From Guillardia theta CCMP2712 (taxonomy: Eukaryota; Protista; Cryptophyta), in NCBI RefSeq assembly GCF_000315625.1, contig NW_005434614.1, positions 331,219 through 395,218 of the forward strand: a stretch of 64,000 bases of DNA, in the 5' to 3' direction. A program made the position numbers and the translations under genes. Below the pieces are notes generated by a model that was not told the DNA's origin, made no database searches, and saw only the letters and a list, made by a program, of their open reading frames with translations. Shown piece by piece: positions 1 to 11,944 of the stretch; the first letter of the stretch is position 1, and each line of letters begins with the position of its first letter.

Positions 1-1037
1 GGAGAGAGAGAGAGCGAAAAAATGGTGAGGAAAGACAAGAGAAGCAGATTGAGCAGACGACTCCAGGAACGACAACAAATGTGGAGAGACATGAGAGGGG
101 GAAGACGATAGAGGATAGAGGGGGGAAGTGCTGGTGCTGGTGCTGGAGGAGAGAGAAGTGCCAGGGGGTTTGAATGAAGGGGGACATGAGATGAGGTTGG
201 ACGGGACAAGAAGAAAGCAGTATGGTCAGGAGGGGAAGAAAAAAGTGGCAGTGTGGTGTGATGGAGGAGGACGCGGGGGCGGGATCAGAATGAATGAACG
301 GAAGGAGAGGCGGATGGGATGAAAGGAGAAGATACGAGGGAAGACGATGAGAGAGAAGGAGTGGTGGAGAAAATGAAGGGAGAGGAACGGAGAGCAGGAG
401 ATGCAAGGAAACGAGGGAGGAGAGGAAGCAGGGGAGAGGGGTGGGATGAGAAGAGGAGGAAGGGATCAGTAGAGGGGTGGGTAGGGGCTGATGATGGGTG
501 GAAGAGGTAGAGGGAGGGGCTGATCGTGGGTCTAGGAGGGAGAGGGGCGGAGATTTCGCCTGCTGTCAAGAGGACGCGGAGGCGTGGCCATGGGGGCATA
601 AGTTCTAGGGCAGCGGAAACACCTGGACAGATATAAAGTAGTATCGCAGGACCAGGAGGATTCGGCATTGACCCGATTTTGAGCCCGCCTCAGGGCGCGG
701 CACTGGGAGGTCAGGTCCGACGGCGACTGACTCAGTGAGTCCGGCGCGCCGGGCGAGCCTACTACTAGGCTAGTCGGGCCCGGCCGGGGACCCGTGAGTC
801 GGCGGCGGTCAGTCTCGGCCCCGGGGACCCGGAGGCCGCTAACGCCGGTGAACCTGCCCCAGTGCCTCTTCCGACGAGCCTCTCCCTCCCTAGCCGACGG
901 CCGCCGCGGCGCGCCGGGCGTCACAGTGGCCCGGACTGACCGTACTCCCGGGCCGGGCCGGTGATCGGCCGACACCTTGAACTGAATCTCAATTTGCCGG
1001 ACACCATCCTGGTTTTTTTCATTCCACATCAACGGCC

Positions 1038-2100
1038 ATGCGACCTCCCTTCAATGGCAGGTAGGCGATGGTGGAGATGACAGCGATGATGGAGGTGATG
1101 GAGGTGATGGAGGTGATGGAGGTGATGGAGGTGATGGAGGTGAGGATGAAGAGCATGAGGGCACACGGAAATATATGAAGACAAAATCGAGCTCTGTGTT
1201 CATATCAGGTTGAGATTATGCCTTAGTCAGCCTGAGAGCAGAAAAGAAGCTGTGTAGGATATATCAAACCATCTTTCAAGCACCATATCTGATTCATGCT
1301 GGCTGGCTAACATTCATTGTCAAAGAAACTCCTTCAACTTTGACAACGGCTCGAGTTACGAAGGTCTGATCAAGGAAAGATGTTCTGTTACTCATTACGC
1401 TGCAGGAGAATGGCGAAATTTTCTTCCTGATGGCTATGGTACATACATCTGGCCCAATGGATCGAAGTGAGCTCCTTTTGTAACAAGAAATTGTTCTAAT
1501 GCTGATGACTTGAAGGTATGTCGGATTCTTTGAAGCTGGTTGTTTTCATGGAGATGGCAAGCTTTATGATAGGAATGTATGATAGTCACTGTGGCTTTTC
1601 CAAGCACGCCTTGTTTCTCATTTTTGAGGACCGCACAGGGAACATGTTACATGGGGAAGTTTGAACGAGATGTGCTGCAGGGAAACGGGAATGTCGAGCA
1701 CTACTCAGGTTCTGCTCTCAATGTTTTTCTGGAGCAACAAGTTTTCTGTAAATATGTGATTCCATCCTGCTCATCGACTCAGGAAATAAGTTTCAAGGAA
1801 ATTTCCTCAACTCTAGAGCAAATGGATCTGGAAAATACAGCTTTCGCAAGACAGTGGTGAGTTTGAGAGGAGAGTGGTGTGGTTTTCGATTTGTCTTTCT
1901 TCCCTTGCCAATTCGTTGTCACGATGACTCAGGTGGAGGGCGTGTGGGAGAATGGTCACTTCTCGACAGCAAGACACGACTCAGAGGGTAGTCATTGAAT
2001 GCTGAGAGTCGATTTCCTACAGGCCCACTGACATGGTTGCTGCCAGAGACTAGTCATTCGGCGCAGCCTCCGCAGGCAGCTCAACCGGAGCAAACTGAAG
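1038..2100 (+). CDS. MORN-repeat protein (multi-exon)
   Basis: Spliced exons read GENGEIFLPDGYGTYIWPNGS / YVGFFEAGCFHGDG / CYMGKFERDVLQGNGNVEHYS / KFQGNFLNSRANGSGKYSF / VEGVWENGHF, matching the MORN consensus Y-x-G-x-(W/F)-x-x-G-x-x-(H/N)-G-x-G. GT-AG introns lie between them. 3' end approximate. Confidence 0.85.
1088..1143. repeat. (GATGGAGGT)n microsatellite in first intron of MORN gene
   Basis: About 6 direct 9-bp copies visible. Confidence 0.9.
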
Positions 2101-2899
2101 CAGGTATCAGATGCTGGGTTCCAAACATGCAAAAACGCTGAAAACTGTAAAAGGGGCAGCAGGGGACAACAGAAAGCGGCATTCTTCGGAATGGAAAGGC
2201 AAGGGCCTGGCAGGAGTCACTTTCTCCAACATAGTGGGCATGGATGTGAGTGGCTCAAGGTGGGGTTACGGTATACTGAAGTTCATACCTAGCCTGCAGA
2301 TATGGGCACACTGGATGTCAAGGTGCTTGAGCCTGTCCCTTTCCTCATCTCCATATGACAAGGTGTTGAAGAGTGGAAAACTGGCGCAAAGACGAGCAAA
2401 GCCGAAGAGTGGATCTGGTCCACACTTTCCGTTAGTGCAGGCCCATGCTGATCTCAAGTGACAGACACTCTCGCTGCATCGGAAGCCGAGGAAGCGGAGG
2501 TGGCGAGCAGCGACTCACTGACATGATTCTTATGTTATGCCCAGCAGGGTGAGAACGACAGCGAAGCCTATGGAGAGGAGGGAGCTGTGATGCAGACAGA
2601 GGGATCTATGGCAATCTCGGTGACTTTCTCTTCCATTGCCTCCCTCATATCTGATTGATGAGGCTTCTTCTGGCAGCTTGCAGACGAAGGAGTTGATGTT
2701 CCTCTGCTCGCACCGACCAAATCGACAATATTTCTGAAGCGAAAGGAAAGCACAATGCCTTGATACTGTGACGTAGACATGACATTAAGTTATCATCACA
2801 ACTGAATTTGAGAAGTTGGTTGTTGAGAGATTGATGATCACAGAATTCTTTTAATCAAATCACAAAATGAAACACATATGTACATGCCCTGAAAGAATT

Positions 2900-3286
2900 C
2901 TACAATTGAAGAGCTCTCAGGTTGGTCACCACATTTGACGGAGTTTTCCCACAAAGGGAAGAATCGTTTGAATGCCAGTTATCAAACCTCAAGTTTGCTT
3001 CTACCAAACAGGTCGGGGATCGCTCCACAATCCTTCCCGGACCCTTCAGTGCAAGCAATTCCAACAGATCATCGTCGTTGATTTGAGATTCTTGTTCATC
3101 AGCATCACTCGCATAGCAGTCGCGTCCTCTGCTGACAAATTCCTCCCACTCGTTGCTGGAGTGTCCATAGGAATGAAGAGCACACACGCTCTGCTCGATG
3201 CCTTCGGAATCCACGAACTCCATCTCAAAGGCCAAGTCAGAGAGGGAGAGGGAGTCTTCCTTAGAATAGCCGGTAGCAAATGCCAT
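2900..3286 (-). CDS. hypothetical protein (128 aa, acidic)
   Basis: ATG-initiated ORF with protein-like composition; no recognisable domain. Confidence 0.4.
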   Translation of the reverse strand: MAFATGYSKEDSLSLSDLAFEMEFVDSEGIEQSVCALHSYGHSSNEWEEFVSRGRDCYASDADEQESQINDDDLLELLALKGPGRIVERSPTCLVEANLRFDNWHSNDSSLCGKTPSNVVTNLRALQL

Positions 3287-5361
3287 GATAAAGTTGAATG
3301 AGATCCGAAGAGGAAATGAGTAAGCGCAGAACCAAGTTCAAAGGGTGGTAAAGAGTAGATGAGCGTGCTCGTGAAGGAGGAGGGGAGACTTGTGAAGGGG
3401 AGGGGGCGGAGGCCTAATATAGACGAAGTCCGTGGGGTAAGGTTGACTCTGACCCTTGAAAAGGGGGGTGGGGGTGTGTGGGGGGCGAAACACAAAGGTG
3501 TAGAGAGAAGGTGTAGGTACGTTGAGGGTGGGGTAATATAAATTAGGGTGGGGGGTAGGTCCTCCTGAAAGATAGTCCCCTTCTTAGGTAATGCTTGCCA
3601 ATGTACCGGTTCAAGTTAGGTCAAAAGTACCGGTGAAATTGATTCTTCAACTTCCTGAATGTTCTCTGCGAAGGTTTACGAGAACAAAGGGGTGGGGGGG
3701 GTAATATTTTTACCACCTTCTTTTCAGTTTGAGGGGTGTAGCAAGCAGGCATACCAGGATCTTTGCCGGAGAGGGGTGGGGTAGGTGGTTGCAGGCGGTG
3801 TAAGATGTTTCAGATGGGGTGGTAAGTTATGAGGTGTAAATCGTTTTGAATTACCAAAAGGTTGACTCGTGAACTTGAGTGCGAATGGGGGTGGTATGAA
3901 AGTATGGGGTGGGTCTTGTATGTACCAGGTCACATTTGGACTTTCCCAATGTACGAATTTTTGTCGATTACTCTCAAGGTAAATCATCCAATCCTTCAAA
4001 CTGGTACCCGAACTGAACATATTCTGATAACAAGTCACCGAAGGAGCAGGCAAATGGGTAGGTGGGGGTCAAGAAATGACCGGTGGAATACAGGCAAATG
4101 AAGGGCTGGAAGGATACGACTGGGGCGACTTTAGCACGTGAGGTGAACCATCGCAAAACCCGAACCTTTCCTTAAAACCTTCTAACAACCCCCGTCACAT
4201 GTTGAAACTGAATGATTTCAACTTCAGACTTGGGGGAGGCCTCATCGAGGATCGATCGTTTCATAAGGGAGCTGTCAGCGGAAAGGCTGCAGCCTTGAAG
4301 CTGATTACCTACCCCCAGGTACTAAGTTGACCAATGTAAGAGGGTGGGGGTGAGTATCCGTGACTGATTTGAGTTGGGGGCGAAAGGGGGTGACTGTGGC
4401 GAAGAATTTCCGATCAACCCTGATTGATTGCAAAGTTGCTAAGATTGATATCATACAATTTGAAACTAAAGAGATGATTTTGATTTTGTTATTATTTATT
4501 CACAGAACAAGAATTTATGATCAAAACGACTACTTGAAGTCGTAACTCACAGTCATAACGATCTTTCTGGGCGAGTGGTCAGAATAGGCTTTGAAGTCAA
4601 AACAGAGGGAGGCAGTGATATGACATATCACCTAATGCTCGAGCTATAAGATAGAGATGGCTAGAGGCAGTCGCAGGATGCCTTTCCTCGACAATCACGT
4701 GTCGCCGGTTGACGGTTATCACAAAATTTGAGTCACTGAAACTACAATTTTTCGTGCAGTCCAGACGCATGAGCCGTCAGCCAATCATGATCGACGTTCT
4801 AACGACTGTCTCATTCTGGAGATTACTACACATGTCATCGTGTCACGAGGGCATAGATCATCTTTTGCCCGTAGTAATACCGAATGCCACGTGCGGCACT
4901 TCGTTGTGCTTCCTTTGCCAACCTTGCTGAGTCAGCACTTCATATCAGCCTTGTATCACGGATACAAACTCCGTCGCCGTGCCGCTGCCCCGGGCCGGGA
5001 CTTTGAGTAAATGGCAGGGCCGCCGAGGCCCGGCCCGCCCACGGCCCGTCACTGCGGCCGTGTGTCAACGTGACTTGGTCCCGGATGATCGGATCGGACG
5101 GCCCGGGCAGGGGGCCGTCCAAGTCCCAGTACTGCTACTCTGCTACTAGTGACTTGTGTCTACTGTCTACCGTACAGTGTCCGATGATCATTGACTGCAG
5201 GCACGGTGCCGTCGCCGGATTGAGCCGTGAGCCTCCAAGCCACATTTTCGGATCGGACCGTATCAGACGGTCCGACTACAGATCATCATCGAGTCCCGGC
5301 GGTACTTCCGATGTAACGACAACTGAGCAAGCGGCTAGACGACATCTAGATTCTTCGATCA

Positions 5362-6971
5362 TCACTCTGGTGGTGTTGATTCGGACTGGTCCAACTTGAT
5401 GAGAGGAACGATGGCATCTTGAACGTCGCTGCACCGGCATCAGTTTCACTGTTTTGATAGCAACCAAGTTTGCGTACATCATCAGCCTTGCATCAAGGTT
5501 TCTGTACTCTTGGCTCTTGACGATCTCGCCGAACCTTTGGATGATGAAGTCAATACACATTGCCTGAGGTCAGGGGATGTCAGAAATTGCATTGAGAGGT
5601 AAACAAGACCTTCAAGTCAGGAGCGTCAAATCTATCAGCACATTTCAGGATATGAATGACATTTTCCATAGCAATGGAGCTCTTCAAAACGGCTGCACAC
5701 TGCTGCTTCAGGCCGTATAGCAAGAATCTGTCCGCTAGCATCATCACATCCATTGCATCTTCCTGGTCAACAAACACACTGCCAGTGTAGATGAACTGAC
5801 AGACTTTTCTGAAATGCACAAGAGGAACGTCCTCGAGCACTAGCTCTTTCTTCTCGCACTCGATCATCCCACTCGTGAACATCGAGCGCAAGTGTGGGCA
5901 GCGCGCGTACAAGATGGCCTTATGAACATGAAGCTTATTGCCTTCCACAATGAGAGTGAAGTCGCTCATGGTCGGGTCTTCGGACAAACGGAGCAGATCC
6001 GACTCAAGTTGCATGCTGTTGCTGGTTCTGATCGCATCGGCTTTCAAGATCGTCACGTCAAACCTTTGGCTGGCGCCCTGGAACTGGAGGGCATTAGAAC
6101 ATTTCTTCCTCTTGGTACCAACCTCGGAATCTTCCAGCTCCGCATGCAAGAAAATGCCTGTAGCGGGAGTCTGGAAGGAGAACTCAATCTCCGCCATGCC
6201 GCTCGTCATGTAGGGCTCGTGATGCAGCGTCAGCTCTGGCACTTCGACGTCGTTCGCTAACTCGAAGGCGTCCCAGGAAGTAACGCTGGTCAAACTTGAG
6301 TTGGCAACGTAGAAACAGTCCAGCCTATCCATGTCCTCATCTTCGAAAGGAATGCCCCCAAACAACAGGTCTCCGTCCACCAGGAAATCGTACTTACGAT
6401 CATTCCAGTCAATGTTGAATCTAATGTTGTACCACCTATCGGCTTCACCCGTGAAATGCAAATCGTTGAAGTTGTCGGGAAGAAGTGTCGCATCGAGACC
6501 AAAATGTCCCCCTTGGCCCATTATGAACAGCAACATGATTTTGCCTTTGTGGTTCCTGAAGAATATGATGCCAGTCTCTTCATCGATAGTGTTTGTTTTG
6601 CAGTAGAACGAGACGTAAGTGGGTTTGATACCGTCGAGTTCACGACTTAAGCACTTCTTCCAGTTGTAATCGACAGTGGCATGTCCTGTCCCACCCATGA
6701 TCGTCATACATCGTCGGTTTCCTAGCTTTCCTTGCCCTTCGTCCTTGCTAGTTACGGAGACCTGCACCTCCTCGCCCTTGCAACCAGGACCTTTGGCCCA
6801 TTCCCCCAACGAGCCGTCCTCGAAGTCATCGTACACGAGATGCTTGTAGGCCTTCACTGTGAGCTTCCCTTGAGCCTCTCGGTCCACCTCCTTCCTCTCG
6901 TTCCTTGCCACCACTCTTAGCTTCTCCGCCATCCTAGCGCTCACTGTCCGAGCGCTCTCCCACCACAGCAT
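5362..6971 (-). CDS. BTB/POZ-BACK protein with N-terminal ConA/LamG-like beta-sandwich
   Basis: SDFTLIVEGNKLHVHKAILYARCPHLRSMFTSGMIE and FIYTG match BTB. The BACK-like ADRFDAPDLK/AMCIDFI spans an intron near 5565-5609. The N-terminal YDDFEDG...RWYNIRFNIDW...YDFLVDG resembles a ConA-like fold. Confidence 0.85.
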
Positions 6972-7340
6972 GACAACGGCACCTTCGGGATGACTGTCCC
7001 ACTATCTCGTATTGGATATCCACCCCCACCCTCCATATTGTTCCGAACCCCTTGTCAAATTACCCCTACCCATAAATCAAACTCAAAATACGCTAGAAGT
7101 ACCCGGTAATTCTCTATGCCTTCTGTATGTACCCTCCTGGTATCCTCATACCTATGCATACCACCCCTCCCTTTCGAAGCAGGACTTTCGGGGAACCATC
7201 CATGGTGTTTTCTGGTAGCGCAAGAGACTAAGACGGAAGGGGGGGGAGGGAAGAGGAGGGAGCAGGAGCGAAACGTGGATGATGACAAGTAGAAGACATG
7301 ATGACGATAGACGTCGCTCGTTCTACATGTGTACTCTACC

Positions 7341-9389
7341 ATGAAACTCCCATGTTCCTTTCTTTTTAGCTCAGCTTCTGACGCCGTCGTATTCCAGGAT
7401 GGTACGCTAATTAGATCAAGTGCTTTGCAGTTCTACCAAACTCACCAGCCTTGAATGTCTTCGAGAGGAGCTGCATTTGTATCACTTCTCCTCGTGACAT
7501 GTTTCTTCGCTGGAGAATGCTCCAACGGTCTGCTGAATATGATTCATCAAGAGTAGAAGCTGATAATCTACATTTCCTGCTAGCGGGAGACAGGGAAAGG
7601 GAAGCATACGTCACTCTGGTGACAACTCCGAATTACATAATCGGTGACCTACATCACTTTGACCTCATTATCTCGTCGCAACTGTCTCCCGCATCAACAC
7701 TCATTTCCCCACAAGTCCTTCCCCACTTCTCCTCCCCGTCCTCCTTTTCCTCTGCTCAGCATCACCAGAGCTGGCCAGGAGCAGAGGTTCTTGCCAAGTG
7801 TCTGCGACATGTGGGAGCAACGAGATATCTGGTGAAGGAGCATGGAGTGAGAGAGGAGAGGTGTAACCTCTAGCCGTCAGGTAGCGCTTGTTGGACCCCT
7901 GCTGGACATGAACGATGAGCAGCGTCTCAAGGCAGCAGGGTATGCTACAAGAAGATTGTTACAGGTGATTCAGAAATTACAGGTTGATAACAAGAAGGGT
8001 TGAGGATATACAAATCTTCGAGATTGTTGTAAGTATCTTCTAGGTTTATCTTTGAGAAGTTTGATTGTAAACGGAAGGAATTGCTGGACCGGCCATACTT
8101 TAACACCACATTTAACAAACTGCATGTTTTTGGTCTGTTCGATGAGTACGACAAGGTAGACAATGACCAGCGTTGCGAGTTTGCTGACAGCGATTCAGGT
8201 GGTTTTTCTTGATGCTGATGTGTTGGTGCTCAAGAACATCGACGAGCTCTTCGACGTTGACATCTCAACTGTAATAATATCATGGGCCGTCCACCGTCCG
8301 TGAGCGTATCTCGCTACAGGGTTATCCCTTTGCTGCTGCTCCAGAGATCATGCCGCCAGACAGGTCTGATCGGTCTCGTGGACTCGTCTTCATGTGTAAT
8401 CCTCCTTTACAGGTTCAACACTGGAGTTCTTGTCGTTGCTCCTTCCAAGGAGGTGAAGTAAAACTCTTCTCCTTCCTCCTCAACTCCAAATTTCCAATCT
8501 GCTGCCTTTTCTGCTTCCTCCCCACCTTTTCTCTCTCTTCTCTCGATCTCTTTCTTCAGCCCTCTCTTTTCTTCTTCTCGTTTCTGTCATTCAAGATCGC
8601 CGGCGGATCGCCGTATCCTCTCGTCGTGCCTTATATTGTTTCTCCTCCTGCTGCTGTAGACCTACCGTGAGCTCCTACTAGCCGCGAGGAGCATGCGGAG
8701 CCCCGACGGCTCTGACCAGGCACAGGAGCTGCCGGTCTGCGAAGGGGCTGACTGCGCGGCAGGGCTTGTTGAACGAGTTCTATCCTCATTGGTTCAGTCA
8801 GGATAGCTCCCATCGCCTTCCCTTCATCTACAACACACTGCAGGTATGCGCCAGGAACATGTGCGCGCTTGACCCTTGGTGTTAGACTGTTGCGTCCTAC
8901 TACAGCCCGGCATGGGAGATGCTGAAAGAAGATATAAAGGTGATGGACCAGTGACAAGGAGAAAGTCAAGTGAAGAGAAGGACAGGAAATGAGAGAAGGT
9001 TGAGGGAGAGGGCATCGAGAGAAGAAGAGAGTACAAGAGGGGAGAGGAGAGGAGAGTACAAGAGGGGAGAGGAGAGGCTGAGGAAGGAGGGAGGAGGGAA
9101 GGAGAGAGACTGAGAGAGGTTCAGGGCCTGAGAGATGATGCAGGTCCTACACTTTGCAGGAGACGATCTGATGAAGCCATGGTCGTTCGAGGGCTCCCTT
9201 CCTCCGTCCCTTGGCGTTTTCCTCTTCCTATGGCAGAGCATCGCGAGGCGAGTGTCGTTGTGGCAGGTTCGAGCTGAGAATCTTCTGAGCAGAACTCCAG
9301 CTGGAGGGGACATTGGCCTTCACTTCAAGGTGCTCAACGTGACAGATCCAGAAGAAGTCAACGCGCTGTTTAGGAATAGGATTATATGA
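7341..9389 (+). CDS. glycosyltransferase family 8 (glycogenin-like), multi-exon
   Basis: Exons give AYVTLVT..Y, FLDADVLVLKNIDELF (DxD), AAAPEIMPPDRFNTGV, DGSDQ|GLLNEFY, RLPFIYN and VLHFAGDDLMKPW, all GT8 motifs. Confidence 0.9.
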
Positions 9390-9524
9390 AGACGCAGCCC
9401 ACTCCTCCGCCCTGCTTCTCCTCCCTCCCTCTCTCCCATTTCCGCTCTGCTCTCCTCCTCCGATGTTCTACGCAACCCCCCCCCCCCTCCTTCTCTGACA
9501 TAGGCTGGAGCACTATGATAACGT

Positions 9525-11204
9525 TTAATAGACTTTGGCTAGGGGAAGTTCTACAAACATGACGGAGAGGGGCGGGACGAGGATGCCTGCGCCCCTCGAG
9601 GCTCTTCCAGTCGAGCTGTTTACCCACCTCCCCAGGTCCACGAGGCACGACAAGTTCCCTCCCCGGAACATCAGCTCCACTCCGTTGAGGAGGACGACGT
9701 TGGAGTCGAGCCCTAGGGAGCCAGGCTGGAGGAGGTACTCCCTCCGAGGCAGCAGCAGATGAGGGTCTTCCGTCAGCTGCACTTCCCGTGTGACCGCCGG
9801 GTCAATGTTGATGAGGAGGAGAGTCGCGCCGTGCGTGGTGTTGTCAAAGAAGCGTTTGGACGTATGCGCATAAACCATCAGGTTCTTGCTTCCTCCCGCC
9901 TCTCCCTCCTCCAGTCCCTCCAAGACTCGCAGGTCCAGCACTCCGGTACCCATGAGATCATGGAAGGCGACGGCTAGCCAGTAGTTGGGGTGAGGCTGCA
10001 GGCTAGTCTTGTTGACCAGCGCGTAGCAACCGCCGTTGAGACTGTGGTAGGCGAACCGCGAGACCCCTCCTCTTGCGAACCTTCCCAGCGTGTTGGCGTA
10101 CCACAGCATGCTCCACCATCGATCCGTTACCCCACATCGCCCGCTGCTCCACGCAGATGAGGTCTCGCCTGCCCAAACCGCCGCCTCCGGTGCGAGCGAG
10201 AAGGCAACCTCCACTGTCGGGGCTGCTTGTTCCCAGGAAGCCTCGAGGAACGCCTGGTTCACCAGCTTGGAAGAGAGCGCGGCGTCTCCCCCGTACCCTA
10301 CGTAGCTGTGGAACGTGAAGGCGTCCAGGACCCAACCGCATGCCCCTAGAAACCTCCGCGCGAAGTCCACGTTAGGATGCTGAGCAGGTCCGACCAGCAA
10401 AGGACGCGAGCAGGAGACTCCGGAGGAGGGAGGACAGTGACGGCCAGGGAAAAAGAGCTCGAGAATCTGCGCGAGGAAGAGATAGTCTCTAGCCAGTACC
10501 TGAGGAGCTACTGCAGAGCTTGTGCGAACAAAGTCGGCGTCGTCCAGCTCATTCCCGAGCTCAAACCCTAGGATCCTTCCCTTGAGCTCGTCCGGCATCG
10601 TTGAGGTGTAGGCCAGGAAGTCTCGGATGTTGTCAAAGTCCAGCTGAGAAAGTCCGTTGGCTCGCCGCTGAGCTCCGAGGCCCCACACCACGTCGATCTG
10701 CGTGTCGTTGGCAAACTCCAGGATTTCATGCCACCTACCCATGGTGAGGCAGAACTCCGGCGGCGTCCCCTGCGTCTCGCATTCGGACCCGTTGACGTTC
10801 ATCACAACCTTGTACTCCCATCCTCCTCCCACACGCAGAATCGCCGGCGAGAGTCTCTTCACCAGTGTGCGAAGCTGCGGTGACTTGAGGTCGATGAACA
10901 AGATGCTGGTATTGGACCAGTGCGCAACTTCTCCTGTCAGGAAAGATAAGGTAAACCCGACGTATCCCTCGTCAATAGTAGAGAACTTGGCTGCTGTGTT
11001 GAGCTCCAGTATCGATGTCATGGTCTTGGATGAGACCATCCTCCCGTTCGCCTCAAGATGGCTCAACTCATGGGCCGAAGGTTTCCATGGCTTGCTCTTC
11101 TTTAATCGCGAGAAAGGTAACGCATCCGAACTTCGGATAAGCAGTATCAAGACGGCCAGTCTCCCCAGACACGTGATTATGAAACTCGAAAGCTGAGAGC
11201 TCAT
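9525..11204 (-). CDS. glycoside hydrolase family 79 (heparanase/beta-glucuronidase-like), signal peptide, single exon
   Basis: LSPAILRVGG, FELGNE (acid/base), DAFTFHSY, WAGETSSAWSSG (nucleophile), PHPNYW; hydrophobic N-terminus. Confidence 0.92.
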   Translation of the reverse strand: MSSQLSSFIITCLGRLAVLILLIRSSDALPFSRLKKSKPWKPSAHELSHLEANGRMVSSKTMTSILELNTAAKFSTIDEGYVGFTLSFLTGEVAHWSNTSILFIDLKSPQLRTLVKRLSPAILRVGGGWEYKVVMNVNGSECETQGTPPEFCLTMGRWHEILEFANDTQIDVVWGLGAQRRANGLSQLDFDNIRDFLAYTSTMPDELKGRILGFELGNELDDADFVRTSSAVAPQVLARDYLFLAQILELFFPGRHCPPSSGVSCSRPLLVGPAQHPNVDFARRFLGACGWVLDAFTFHSYVGYGGDAALSSKLVNQAFLEASWEQAAPTVEVAFSLAPEAAVWAGETSSAWSSGRCGVTDRWWSMLWYANTLGRFARGGVSRFAYHSLNGGCYALVNKTSLQPHPNYWLAVAFHDLMGTGVLDLRVLEGLEEGEAGGSKNLMVYAHTSKRFFDNTTHGATLLLINIDPAVTREVQLTEDPHLLLPRREYLLQPGSLGLDSNVVLLNGVELMFRGGNLSCLVDLGRWVNSSTGRASRGAGILVPPLSVMFVELPLAKVY

Positions 11205-11214
11205 CCCGTAGCAA

Positions 11215-11293
11215 TGGTATGCTTCAGCTGGACTTGTAGTCTCTTGGTATGCTTCAGCTGGACTTGTAGTGTTGTGGTATGCTTCAGCTGGAC
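11215..11293. repeat. 30-bp tandem repeat (TGGTATGCTTCAGCTGGACTTGTAGT+4 nt) x~2.6 just upstream of the GH79 start
   Basis: Three copies of TGGTATGCTTCAGCTGGAC visible. Confidence 0.9.
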
Positions 11294-11944
11294 CTCAAGC
11301 TCGTCTTCTTCTCATCCCGTCATGTCGATCGCCCTTGTCGCAAGGAGTTGCAACTCCTCGCATCCTTGAGCACAATCAAGTTCGCCTCAGATATTTCAAC
11401 CGGAGTTACTAACTGGGGAGTGGCCCGGGCCCCGGGGGTCGGAGCTATGTCCCATTCCTCAGAACCCTCACCCCTTCTTGCCCACCCTACCCCCATATTC
11501 ACTACCCCCTTTCTACCGAGATTTCGATTACTCAGTACCACTAAACTATGACCCTACCCCCTTTAATATTCCTCTCGATGGTTACACCCACCCCCTCTAC
11601 TCGCTAGCACCACCATGGAATCGTTTTCTCCCATGCTGTGAAGAGCGCGAGGTAAGGCGAGGAGAAGGAGGAGGCAGGGAGAGGAGAGGAAGCGCGGGAA
11701 GATGCGATGCACGATGAAGTTCTAGAGCCTGTGCTAGAGTCACAAGGACCATAGCCTAGCTCTCCCCTCCTTCGTCACTGCAGTGGTCCTCCCAGTGTTG
11801 TTGAGAGTGCTAGAACCGGGTGGGGATGATTGAATGCAGTGCAGTAGATGTGAGAGGAGCCAACAAGGTAGTATATTATGTAAGTTTTAGTGGGTAGGCT
11901 AAATGAGCTTGTACCGACTTTCGTTGAAAGTTGGTTGACCAGAG

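Noticed and set aside
1-560. Glu/Gly/Arg-rich and Ser/Pro-rich ORFs
   Set aside because: Purine-rich low-complexity tract, probably an intron of a minus-strand gene leaving the window.
3130-3190. SYGHSSNEWEEF resembling the DUF488 N-terminal motif
   Set aside because: The downstream D-V-R motif is absent; the match is too short.
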